Assembly: GCF_963921235.1 (NCBI RefSeq)
Contig: NC_086109.1
Location: forward strand, 15,812,001 to 15,876,000
Source of the DNA: Mobula hypostoma
Lineage: Eukaryota
Length of the DNA: 64,000 bases
Direction: 5' to 3'
Positions 13,313-25,160 of this stretch are shown here, one piece after another. The notes beneath the pieces are model-generated. The model did not search any database. It had not been told where the DNA came from and saw nothing but the letters and a program-made list of their open reading frames with translations. The position numbers were made by a program, and so were the translations under genes. Within the stretch, counting starts at the first letter, position 1; each line of letters opens with the position of its first letter.

Positions 13313-13961
13313 TGTAACACCCTGGTAGAGGTTTTACTGCGGATCTTGCAGGGTATTTCATGTAACGGTCGGTCTGTGGAAGCAGTGTTTGGGTTACCTA
13401 GGAATGTGGGCCTTCCAATCGGGAGAGTGGAACAGGGAGAAGGTTCTAGAGAAGGCTGGGGGAGCAGTTTTGTGACTGACAGTGGTGGTGGGTCTTTGTC
13501 TTTGCTTAGGGAGGGATGAACAGGGAAGACGCTGGAGAGAACCAGTCGTAGGTTTCGATCCAGTGGGGAAACGTGATTCGATGGCGCCCAGGCGCAGAGG
13601 TCTGACGAGGATCGGTGAATATGACTTTTGGAAGACTTGAGCTCCAACCCGTGCACATTTGACTGTTTTTTTCCTTGCTAAGTCTTTGGTTAAGTTAATG
13701 TTCACAAATATACTTTACGATTGTATGCAGTGTGCGATCTGTTATGTCATGCTGACTGGCTATTGCAGGGCAGTAAATCACACAATCCGGGGTCTGGGTA
13801 GGCGAGACATCCCAACCCTATGAACTTGGCAGGAACAAAGTGATATACTCCCTAGATGTATGAAGCCAGAGAAAGGTGGGTTCTCTCCATGGGATCCAGC
13901 GGCTGTTAGTGAGGGGATAATGAGCCTCATTTCCATAGACGCCCAGCAAAAGGGGTTTTCA
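13313..13961 (+). mobile_element. Solo LTR, ~650 bp
   Basis: Imperfect inverted termini TGTAACACCC...GGGGTTTTCA; interrupts a SINE tail that rejoins across it. Confidence 0.7.
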
Positions 13962-14867
13962 AAAGCTAATATTTATCTTTAATCTTTTCTTTCGACTTAA
14001 GGGCATAAAACAAACGTAAGCCATGTGAGTGAATTTCTTTGTCCTTTTCTCTCTGCCTCCACAGGAATCCGTCTACTGCCGGAAGAGGGGAAATCGGTAG
14101 AGGAGATCAAAAGGAGGCAAAATCCATACCAGAAATAAGTGAAAGCTCAAAGAAATAGTGGAAAAAGGTATGAAGAGAAAGGATTGTGAGAGCCTGGCAC
14201 AGGGAGCACCCTGCATAACCTTTAATCTGGAAGAGAGATTTTAGATGAATGAAATTTAGATTATTAAAATGTGTTTTCTGTCTCAAGCAAAAGAGAGTGA
14301 TTACAATGCCATTGTCTGAGTTAGCTCTGCAGGCTACAAGCAGGCAGCTCATATAGCTAATGGTTTTATTTCCAATATAGTAACATTTAAAGTGACCATT
14401 TCTTAGTCTAGGAAAATAAATTCTTATTGACTTCTGAAAGACAGCTGCAGAGCCTGACATGTTTTTCTGTGTAATTGCAGCTTTATTTTCTTGAACTACA
14501 CAGAGTACGAGGGAGGACAGGAATAGAACAGTAAATGGGTGGGGAAGAAATTGGAGGCATGAAAGGATTAAAAAGACTGGTGTGTCCTTTGTCGTTCAGA
14601 ACCCTTTTAATGACATGATTTCGGTTGAACTGAATGTTGGTTATAATGCAATTCTGCCTTCTCCGTGTCTTTACCCAAATCTGATTCCACCCAGCCCATC
14701 CTTCCAGAAGATTTTCTTGCCCTTTGCTTCACAAGTCGGCTGTGCAGATGTTCTCTTCTGGAATACTCACTGCAAAACTCTCCCATCTTCTTAATTTCGT
14801 AAGCTTCTTGATCCTATGAAAAACAAAACAGGTGGACACTGGAAATCTGAAATAAAATCAGAAAGTT

Positions 14868-15450
14868 CGGAATCAGAATCAGCTTTAATATCACCTGCAT
14901 ATGTCATGAAATTTGTTAACATTGTGACAGCAGTATAATGCAGTACATAACAATATAGAAAAATGAAAGATTGTGAATTACAGTTAGTATATACAGTATA
15001 CATTAGTTAAATTAATTAAGTAGTGCAAAAACAGAAACAAAAGAGTAGTGAGGTAGTGTTCATGGGTTCAATATCCATTCAGAAATTGGATGGCAGAGTG
15101 GAAGAAGCTGTTCCTGAATCGTTGAGCCTGTGCCTTCAGGCTTCTGTACCTCCTTTCTGATGGTAACAATGAGAAGAGAGCATGTCCTGGGTGGTGGGGG
15201 TCCTTAATGATAGATGCCTCCTTCTTGCACTGCTCCTTGAAGATGTTTTGGATACCACGGAGGCTAGTGTCCACAATGGAGCTGGCTAATTTTGCCACTA
15301 TCTGCAGCTTACTTCGATCCTGGGCAATAGCTCTCCCCCCATACGAGACAGTGATGCAGCCTTTTAGAAACTTATGTAGAAATCTGCGAGTATTTTAGGT
15401 GACAAAACAAATCTCCTCAAACTCCTAATGAAATATAGCCGCTGTCTTTC
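14868..15450 (-). mobile_element. Rex1/Babar LINE 3' end
   Basis: ORF 15068..15298 SIIKDPHHPGHALFSLLPSERRYRSLK..RFRNSFF; (tctgat)n tail. Confidence 0.85.
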
Positions 15451-15739
15451 TGCCTTGAGTTTAGGAAACACTCAGCAGGGCAGGCAGCATCTAATGGAGA
15501 GGAACAGAACTAATATTTTAGGCCAATCACTTCTCATCAGAACTCCTCTATCTTCCCCCTGCTGTATTTAGTGCCTGTGGTTTAGTATTGAAAAAAGCAG
15601 AAAATGCAGGAAATCAAGCCGCCTCAAAATAAATCACCCTGACACTCAACCACTGAGTAAAGAAATTAGAATAGCTGATTAATGAAGACTCTAGGAACAA
15701 GAATCTGTTGGAAAGGCATAAAATGCTCTTTGGATTCAC

Positions 15740-15965
15740 CAAGACCCTAAGAGAATATTAACGAATTCAACGAGCTTTATTTTATGTTATTCCAACAGTT
15801 TTGTGGTCACTTTTATGGATCCAAGCACTTCACTTCCAGAGTTCTCTAAGCTAAATTCAAATTCTCAAACTGCTTGCCTGGGATTTGAACTTTTATTCTA
15901 CTGAATTATTAATCTTGGCCTCGAGTATTACTAATTCAGAAACATAAACTCTACATTACATTGTT
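15740..15965 (-). mobile_element. Old tRNA-derived SINE
   Basis: Antisense B box gggatttgaac and ttcaaattctcaaactgc motif resembling recalled chondrichthyan SINEs; degenerate. Confidence 0.5.
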
Positions 15966-16117
15966 CCTCATTTATTAAAATAAAGTACAATTTCCATTAA
16001 AACTTCAATTAATTCAGCAGGCAGATCCAAAGTCATCAGGATACATTAACAATTCAAGCGATAATATCCTGTCTCATTCTGAAACTTAGCTGTCAATGGG
16101 GTAAACTATTTAAAATA

Positions 16118-16663
16118 TACTCAGTGGCCACTTTATTAGCTACAACTGTGAACCTGCTCGTTGATACAAATATCCAATCAGTCAATCATGTGTCAGCAAC
16201 TCAATGCATGAAAGCATGCTGACATAGTCACAAGGTTCAGTTGTTGTCCAGACCAAACATCAGAATGGGGAAGAAGTGTTACCTAGGTGACTTCAACCAT
16301 GGAATAATTGTTGGCACCAGATGGGGTGCTTTGTGTATCTCAGAAACTGCTGGGATTTTCATGCACAGCAGTCTGTAGAGTTTACAGAGAATGATGCATA
16401 AAACAAATATCGTTCATTGAGCAGAAATGCAGTGGGCGAAAACACCTTGTTAATGAGAATGGCCAGATTGGTTCAAGTTGACAGAGAGGTGACAGTAACT
16501 CAAGTAACCCCATGTTACAACAGTGGTGTGCAGAAGAACCTCTCTGAATGCATAACACATTGAACCTTGATGTGGATGGGCTACAGCAGCAGAAGACCAC
16601 AGACATACCTAAGTGGCCACTTTATTGGGTACAGGAGGTACCCAATAAAATGGCCACTGAGTA
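16118..16663 (+). mobile_element. Tc1/mariner non-autonomous deletion derivative, copy 1
   Basis: TIRs tactcagtggccactttattag / caataaaatggccactgagta; remnant of transposase N-terminus (atggggaagaag...tcagaaactgctg). Confidence 0.85.
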
Positions 16664-17587
16664 CATGCATGCAAAGCTTCCAATTTTTTCTTTCAGTCAA
16701 CATATTTCAATCCGTATCTTCAAAATAAATTCCTTTGTTGACCTTGCCAAGCCATGTTGTGTGCTGTACTTATGCATTTGTCAGGAGTTAAAAGATAACC
16801 CATTTCTCCGAAGTGCCTGAAAATGTATTCAGGTTCTGTGTTTCTTGGATCTAAAACTAGGGTCAAAATGATCCCTTCTCTTTAAGACAGCCCAAAATGA
16901 AAACGTCTTTGTGCAGTATTTTGTGGCCGCACTCTTTGATATAAATGAGATGAGAGGCACGGATAATAAAGAGATGGTTTTCTTTAATTCCTATAGATTT
17001 GGCAATTAAATTAGGAAAAGTAACTTAGGGATTGCTGATTATTTGGCTGACAGCTAGTAATTTAGATATAATAGTTAAACGCAAAGAAAACGTTATGTTA
17101 GGATTTGATCATCTAAAAAGGTGAGGAACTTAAAATTTGGAACAACATGGAACATTTATCACCTTTGTTAAAATGCCGACTGGATGAATGAGATCACTGA
17201 AGTATTTATTTTTCTATACCTTGTCAAAATAAATTCAGCAGACGAACCATGGTTGGTCTTGTCCAAGATAGAGGCAGAGATGAAAGGGAACAGAGTGGTG
17301 TTGATGTCTTGTCTGGCCGAACAAAAGCAAGAATCAATTGTACACCATCACCCTCGTTTCTTCTTGCTGTTGCAGAATGTGGACTCTCATGATGAATTAT
17401 CTCGAACAGTGGGGAACTTACATGGAGTTAGTCTTGGTTTTTAGCACAGTTGAAGCGACATGGAAGTCTGGAACTGTGATTCCATCACTTAATCGAGTCA
17501 TAGAGTCAGATAGCATAGTGAGAGGGCCTTCAGCCTAATTGCTCCATCCAGACTAGTCCCATTCGCCAGCATTTGGCCCATCGTCTT

Positions 17588-17823
17588 TGTTATGTTTTGT
17601 AACTTCAAAACATTAAACTAAGTCAAAGGAAGACACAGGAGTCCAAATGTGAGTCTAACTTCATGTTTACTTTTAATGCGGTGTATACTTATCATGTGGT
17701 AGCATGAAGACGTATGCAATTCATGTATTTATGCATATAATTCATAATGAATTATGTAAACAAACAAGAATGCCTCATCAACCAAAATATACATGAGGTT
17801 ACTTAAATATTGAACACACAACA
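17588..17823 (-). mobile_element. Solo LTR, 236 bp
   Basis: Termini TGTT...AACA; 5-bp TSD gtctt / gactt (1 mismatch); flanks rejoin as a CR1 3' UTR. Confidence 0.7.
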
Positions 17824-18044
17824 GACTTACAAACCTTTCCTCTCCAGATCAACACACACAAAATGCTGGGGCAACTCAGCAGGTCAGGCAGCATCTATGG
17901 AAATGAATAAACAGTTGACATTTCGGGCTGAGACCCTTCATCAGGATTATCCATGTGCTTGCCTAGCACTTCTAAATTAATATTGTACCTGCCTCAGCCA
18001 ATTCCTCTGGCAGCGTGCTCTATGTCCTTAAAACCATTTGTGTA

Positions 18045-18660
18045 ATCTCAGCCCTGAACCCCGATTCCCTGCCATCTTCCTGTATCCCTTCATGTCCTGA
18101 CTAATCAAGAACCAATCAACCTCTGCCTTAAATATACCCAATGCTTGACCTCCACAGCTGGCTGTGGCAATGAATTCCACTGATTCAGCACTACCTGGCT
18201 AAAGAAATTCCTCTTCATCTCCATTCTAAATGGACGTCTCTCTATTCTGAGACTGTGCCCTCTGGTCCTAGACTCCTCCACCATAGTGAACATCCTCTCC
18301 ACATCCGCTCTCTTGAGGCCTTTCAACATTCAGAAGGTTTCAATGAGATCCCCCCTCATCCTTCTGAATTCCAGTAAATACCAACCCAGAGCCTTCAATC
18401 AGTCCTCATATAGTAACCCTGTAATTCCCAGAATCACTCGTGTGAATCTCCTCTGAACCCTCTCCAATGTCGCACATCAGTTCTTAGATAAGAGGCCCAA
18501 AGCTGCTCACAAAACTCCGAGTGAGGCCTTACCAGTGCCTTATAAAGCCTCAACATTACATCCTTGTTTTTATATACTAGTCCTCTCAGAATGAATGCTA
18601 AGATTGCATTTGCCTTCCTCATGAATGACTCAACCTACAAATTAGTCTTCCGAGAATACT
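18045..18660 (-). mobile_element. CR1 LINE ORF2 3' fragment
   Basis: ORFs KANAILAFI..LRLYKALVRPH and RTRGHSLRI..FFSQVVLNQWNSLP. Confidence 0.85.
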
Positions 18661-19318
18661 AATTTTGTATACCACTATAAAATCTCCCCCTTTTCTCCTA
18701 CACTCCAAAGAATGAAGTCCTCACCTATTCAATCGTTCCCTGTACCTCAGGTCTTCAAGTCCGTACACCGCATTGCCATATTCCCAACCTATCCAAGTCC
18801 TTCTGTAGGTTCTCTGCTTCCTCAACACTCAGCATAGAGTCATTTTCCCAGGGCGTCAATGGCTAATACAAGAGCACATGCATTTAAGGTGACTGGGGGG
18901 ATGTCAGAAGTAGGTATTTTATACAGATAGTGGTAAGCGCATGCATATACTGTGTGGTGGTAGACAATTAAAAAACTCTTAGATAGTAACATGGATGAAC
19001 GGAAATGGAGGTCTATGTGAGAAGAAAGGGTTAGATTAACCTTGGAGGAGGCTAAACAGTCAGCATCACATTGGAGGCTGAAGGTCCTGTACTTTGTTAC
19101 ACTGTTCTATGCTCCAACACTCCCTGCCCAGCCACCTTTTTTTGTATTATTCATAAACTTGGTCGCAAAGCCATCAATTCTATCAGCCAGATCATAACAT
19201 ATACTGTAGCATGAAAAGTAGCGGACCTAACACCGACTGCCACTAGTCACCAGCTGTCAACCAGAATAGGCCTTCTTTATTCTCAGTCTTTGCTTCTCAA
19301 TCTTCTATCCATGCTAGT

Positions 19319-19326
19319 CGTCGTCG

Positions 19327-19371
<45 letters not shown>

Positions 19372-19830
19372 TCATCATGTGACATGTCGTATGACATCAT
19401 CATTATGTGCCATGTCATATGACATCATCATCATATGCGGTGTAGTATGACATTATTGTTATGTGCTATGACGTAGACGATCATGGTCTTATTCCCATGA
19501 TTGTTCTTGGCAAATTTTCCTTCAAAAGTGACTTGGCATTGCCTTCTTCTGGACAGTGCCTTTACAAGATCGGTGACCCCAGTCATTGTCAATACTCTTC
19601 AGAGACTGTTTGTCTGGCATCTGTGGTTGCATAACCAGAATTTGTGACATACACCAGCTGTTTGTATGACCATCCACCACCTGCTCCCATGGTTTCATGT
19701 GATCCTGATTGGTACGGGGGGGGGTGTTGGAGGAGGCTACATCTTGCTCAAGGGTCTCCTGCAGGTTAGCAGAGAGAAGGAGTGCCTTACACCTCCTTTG
19801 GTAGAGACTTATCTCCACCCCCACCACCCA
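19319..19830 (-). mobile_element. RTE-related non-autonomous retroelement (SINE-like)
   Basis: 12-bp TSD ATCCATGCTAGT (19307-19318 / 19831-19842); (GAT)n tail; gaagaaggcaatg-type RTE 3' motif; second copy near 49590-49950. Confidence 0.8.
19328..19367. repeat. (CAT)n microsatellite (retroelement tail)
   Basis: Direct reading. Confidence 0.95.
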
Positions 19831-21001
19831 ATCCATGCTAGTATCTTTCTGATATACTATAGGCTCCTGTCTTGTTTGGCAGCCTCATGTACTAGGCCTT
19901 TCGAAAATCAGAGTAAGCAACAACTACTAATTTTCCTTTGTCCATCAATTAGCATAAGGTGGGACACTGATCAGAATTGTGGATGAACCCTGTTTTACAG
20001 GATATCCTTGGGGAAAGAACATGGAAATATTACTCCTTTTTGTCAGTCTGAAGAATCTACCATCAGCAAGTTGGGTGATAATGTAATAAGACCATAAGAC
20101 ATAGGAGTAGCATTAGGCCATTCAGCCCATTCAGGTCTTCTCTGCCATTTGATCATGGCTGATTTATTATCCCTCTCAACATCATTCTGCTGCCTTCTCC
20201 CCGTAACCTTTGACACCCTGTGGGATGTGTGCCAGGTCCAGGAGATTTCTTTCCCCATTCATTCTGGTTAATTGTGTTATGCTCTGTAAATTCACTGGAA
20301 ATCCAAGATCACAGAACAGTAGAGCACAGGGGCAGGCCCTTCAGCCGGCCTTGACACCAAATGAAGATGTTCCCATCTGCCTGCATCTGATCCATAACTC
20401 TCCATCCTCTGGCTGTTCATGTGTCTGCCTACACACCTCTGAAACACTGCTATCATATCTTCTTCCACCACTCCTGGGCAGTGCATTCCATAAAACCATA
20501 AGACATAGGAGCAAAATTAGGCTATTCAGCCGATTAAACCTGCTACACCATTCCATCGGGACTGATCTATCGTCACTCCCAATACCACTCTCATAGCTTC
20601 TCCTTGTAACTTTTGAGGCCCTTGCTAAACAAGAACTTATCAACCTCCACTATAAATATATCCAGTGACTTGGCCTCCACAGCCTTCTGTGGCAAAGAAT
20701 TCTACAGATTCACCACCATCTGGCGAAAGAAATTCCTCCTCATCTCCATTCTGAGGCTGTGCCCTCTGGTCCTAGACTCTTACACGACTGGAAACATCCT
20801 TTCCCCATCCACTCTATCTAGGCCTTTCAATATTCCTGGGTTTCAAAGTTCAAAGTAAATTTGATATCAAAGTACATATATGTCACCATATATAACCCTG
20901 AGATTCATTTTCTTGTGGGCATACTCAACAGTTCTTGGGGAAAGAACATGGAAATATTACTCCATAGAATTATAACCATAACAGAATTAATGAAAGACTG
21001 C

Positions 21002-21142
21002 AAACAACAGGAATTCTGCAGATGCTGGAAATTCAAGCAACACACATAAAAGTTGCTGGTGAACGCAGCGGGCCAGGCAGCACCTCTTCCTAGAGATGCT
21101 GCCTGGCCTGCTGTGTTCACCAGCAACTTTTATGTGTGTTGT
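21002..21142. mobile_element. Penelope-derived palindromic mini-insertion
   Basis: 15-bp TSD TTAATGAAAGACTGC (20987-21001 / 21143-21157); 45-bp inverted arms; same subfamily as 59992-60654. Confidence 0.85.
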
Positions 21143-21670
21143 TTAATGAAAGACTGCTCCAACTTGGGCTGTCAACCAGTGTGAAAAAGACAACAAACTG
21201 TGCAAGTAAAATATAAATAATAATAATAAATAAATAAGCATTAAATATTGAGGACTTGAGATGAAGAGTCCTTGAAAGTGAGTCCATAGGTTGTAGGAAC
21301 ATTTCAATGATGGGGCAAGTGAAGCTGACTGAAGTTATCTCCATTGGTTCAAGAGCCTGATGGTTGAGGGCTAATAAGGTTTCAAGAAGAACCCCCTTCA
21401 TTCTTCTAAGCTCCAGTGAGTACAGGTCCAGAGCCATCAAATACTCCTCATATATTAACCCTTCCATTCTCAGGATGATTATTGTGAACCTTCTCTGGAT
21501 TTTGTCTACGCCAGGACATCCTTTTTCAGATATGGGGCTCAAAACTTCTTACAATATGCTAGATGCAGCCTTATAAAGCCTCAACATTTATAAATCTATC
21601 TTACACTCTAATGTTGAGGTACAGGAGTATAGGGCTATGATCATTTGATGATCACTGACAGTGCTATCTT

Positions 21671-22107
21671 CAATTGAAGTTCAAAGTTCGAATTTGTTCA
21701 ATAGGTACATATAATGCCAGAGAAATGTATACAATGTATATCCTGAAATTCTTTTCTTTGCAGACAACCATGGAAACAGAGTGCCCCAAAGAATGAATGA
21801 CAGTTAAAACATTAGAACCCCGAAGCCCGTCCCTCCCCAGCTCAACACGTTCCCAGAGCCAAAATCCTGGAACCCTGAATGCGCGCTCATCTTCCAGGCT
21901 GTGTACATGGGATATCAAAAAGCGGCCGGTCGTGAGGCCCTGAGGGCGGGTCGCGTTCCTGCAAAGAACTGAAGTCAGAGTGTAACTCCAGGTCAGGGTC
22001 GTCAAAAGAACCCCCACCCCTTGAAAGGGTAAAAAACAGATATTAAAGGTAGAAATAGAGCTGTTTCCGAAGATGCAAGCAAAGGAATCGCAACTAAGCA
22101 CCATCTT
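21671..22107 (-). mobile_element. Rex1-related bipartite non-autonomous element
   Basis: Begins aagatggtg on minus strand and ends in Rex1-type (tttgaac)n tail; homologous to 29812-30612. Confidence 0.65.
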
Positions 22108-23203
22108 GACTTTATCTGCCTCCAGTACTTTCCATCTGGCTGCAATCTGAAGATGTTTAAAATTGAAACATAGCTTTAAACAAATCAGTAATCCCTAAGC
22201 CACAGACTGAAAAAAAAACACTAATCTTTTCTGTTACAAGGAAGACAACTATATTCTTTATGAACAAGTAAGGATGTATCTCCTGTTCAAGAGCTTGATG
22301 CACTGTGGGGCCCAGAATTTGCCTCACGGTTCTAGCTGAAGTCCAGACAGTGATTTATAACATGCTGGCATGTAACTCCTACTCTTGCCAACATTATTGG
22401 CGTTCTCTGACACAATGAACTGCAATCCATCTACTGGGTTTAGCAGTCAGATAATTAGTAAAAGCCTGGCAATATTTCTTCTAATTCTGCTCTGTCTTAA
22501 TGTTGCCAGTCCTCTAGAATCACCCTGAAGTCAGTGGGAATTGAAGATTTATCTCTTGGGCACTTCTGGACTAAAACTATAGTACTTCCTCAGAGTAAAG
22601 AACAAGGTTTAGACAACGCCAGTTCACAAAGCAATCTCTTTCCCCTACAGGTGACTACAAGGTGGGGGGTGGGGGTGGGGGTGTGCCAAGGAAACAGGTC
22701 ATATTGTTATTCTCCAAAGGCAAAGGCAAGAATTACAAGATGAATTGAAATGGAGTGTTACTTCACATCAATTTTGTGAGAGTGAATTTTATTCTGCATC
22801 TCAGATTCTTGGAGAGTGATTTGTGGAATTCTGTGAGCGTGAATTTCTGAATGTAGAGGATGCCTGTACTAATTTCCATGTTATCTCTTCTCCCGATGTT
22901 CATATCAATCCCTAATTTTCCACAAATTTTAAACATCCACCAACACAGTAAGCTGCCTGCCAACTGAATGACCAATGAGCGTGCCTTTGGGACGTGGAAA
23001 CTGGAGAATCTGTGGAATGATGAAGGGTCTCAGGCCAAAATGTTGACTGCTTATTTCCCTCTATTGATGTTGCCTGACCTGCTGAGGTCCTCCAGCACTT
23101 GTGTGTTGTTGCAGATTTCCAGCAGCTGCAGAGTCTCTTGTGCTTCCTGTGTGCAAATTGACAGCCTTTTTTGTCCATATCTTGATATAAACTACTGATC
23201 AAG

Positions 23204-23500
23204 AGGGGTGAATGGAGTTTCCGGGGGGCAGGGGTAACAACTCTGGTGAAGGGGCTTGTCGTGTCCATTCTGGGCAGCTCACTCACCTTTGGGCCCCACT
23301 GGACACTTGGCTCTCACCTGTGGTTCCAACAGCGGCTACACCCCGGTACACTGCTTCGACACTGGCTAAATCTGTTGAAGGGTAGCTGGGGGTGGCCTCA
23401 TACCCCAGTGTGACAGGGACATGTCTGTCCTAGCACGCAAAGTCAGCTCTGGTGGACTGGGCAGACAAGATCTCAGAGGATATCCAATAGCCGGGAAGGC
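23204..23500 (+). mobile_element. RTE-type LINE 5' region fragment
   Basis: ggtgaaggggcttgtcgtgtcc resembles the recalled RTE 5' UTR motif; GC-rich. Confidence 0.45.
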
Positions 23501-24230
23501 AAACACAAGAAAATCAGCAGATGCTGGAAATTCATAGCAACACATACAAAATGCTGGAGGAACTCAGCAGGCCAGGCAGCATCTGTGGAAAAGAGTACAG
23601 TCGACGTTTCAGGCCGAGACCCTTTATCTGGAAGGCAGTTTTGCAATGTTCTGTGGAGAGCGAAGGGCATGACAAGGTACAGAAGGCATCATGGCCATCC
23701 ACTGCAAACAAGGAAGACCCCAGTTTGTTATAGGTGTTTGTACCACTGGATCTGGACTTCCAAGGTTGAGAGAGTGGAACTACCCTCGTGCAATGGCTTG
23801 TCCACTTTAAAAACTCTCCTGCACGGGTTTCCAACATTGTCGGATACAAGAAACGACCTCCATACTGATATAGAAATGCCTCTCTGACTCTAGGGCACTT
23901 GGGGACATTCTGAATGAAGGTTTGAAAGGCAGAATGAAAGTGCAAATCTTTCTTTCCCTGCAGTAATCCAAGAGAACATGCATTTAATGTGAGAGGGGTT
24001 AAGTTTAAAGGAAGGCAGGTTTTTTTTTACGGAGAGTGGTGGGTTTCTCTTATGTGCAGCCAGGGGTGGTGGTGGAGCCCAATACGATAGAAGCATTTAA
24101 GAGAGGCACATGAATATGCAGAGAATGAAGGGACATTGGAAAACCCAAGGAGGGGTTGGGAAACCTTTGCTGAATGGTCAGACATTTTTTTTTGTGAAAC
24201 GACTGAGGAGGAGCAAAGGATCAATCTTGT

Positions 24231-25160
24231 TGGATTTGCAAATTTGCTGATGATACAAAGATTGGAGGTGTAATAGACAGTGAGGAAGGTTTTCAGAGCC
24301 TGCAGAGGGACTTGGACCAGCTGGAAAAATGGGCTGAAAAATGGCAGATGGAGTTTAATACAGACAAGTGTGAGGTATTGCACATTGGAAGGACAAACCA
24401 AGGTAGAACATAAAGGGTTAATGGTAAGGCACTGAGGAGTGCAGTGCAACAGAGGGATCTGGGAATACAGATACAAAATTCCCTAAAAGTGGCATCACAG
24501 GTGGATAGGGTCGTAAAGAGAGCTTTTGGTACATTGGCCTTTATTAATCGAAGTATTGAGTATAAGAGCTGGAATGTTATGATGAGGTTGTATAAGGCAT
24601 TAGTGAGGCCGAATCTGGAGTATTGTGTTCAGTTTTGGTCACCAAATTACAGGAAGGATATAAATAAGGTTGAAAGAGTGCAGAGAAGGTTTACAAGGAT
24701 GTTGCCGGGACTTGAGAAACTCAGTTACAGAGAAAGGTTGAATAGGTTAGGACTTTATTCCCTGGAGTGTAGAAGAATGAGGGGAGATTTGATAGAGGTA
24801 TATAAAATTATGATGGGTATAGATAGAGTGAATGCAAGCAGGCTTTTTCCACTGAGACAAGGGGAGAAAAAAAACAGAGGACATGGGTTAAGGGTGAGGG
24901 GGGAAAAGTTTAAAGGGAACATTAGGGGGGGCTTCTTCACAAAGAGAGTGGTGGGAGTATGGAACGAGCTGCCAGATGAGGTGGTAAATGCGGGTTCTTT
25001 TTTACATTTAAGAATAAATTGGACAGATACATGGATGGGAGGTGTATGGAGGGATATGATCCGTGTGCAGGTCAGTGGGACTAGGTAGAAAATGGTTCGG
25101 CACAGCCAAGAAGGGCCAAAAGGCCTGTTTCTGTGCTGTGGTTTCTATGGTTTCTATGGT
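24231..25160 (+). mobile_element. Young 5'-truncated CR1 LINE
   Basis: KFADDTKIGG, one in-frame stop, then open ORF 24444..25088 (LYKALVRPNLEYCVQFWSP, RRMRGDLIEVYKI, RGHGL); (tttctatgg)n tail. Confidence 0.95.

Noticed and set aside
14065..14167. Strong acceptor and gtatga donor on the plus strand
   Set aside because: All three frames contain stops; at most a non-coding exon, with no support
19372..19475. ~29-bp repeats superficially like a CRISPR array
   Set aside because: Tandem without unique spacers, part of a retroelement tail in vertebrate DNA
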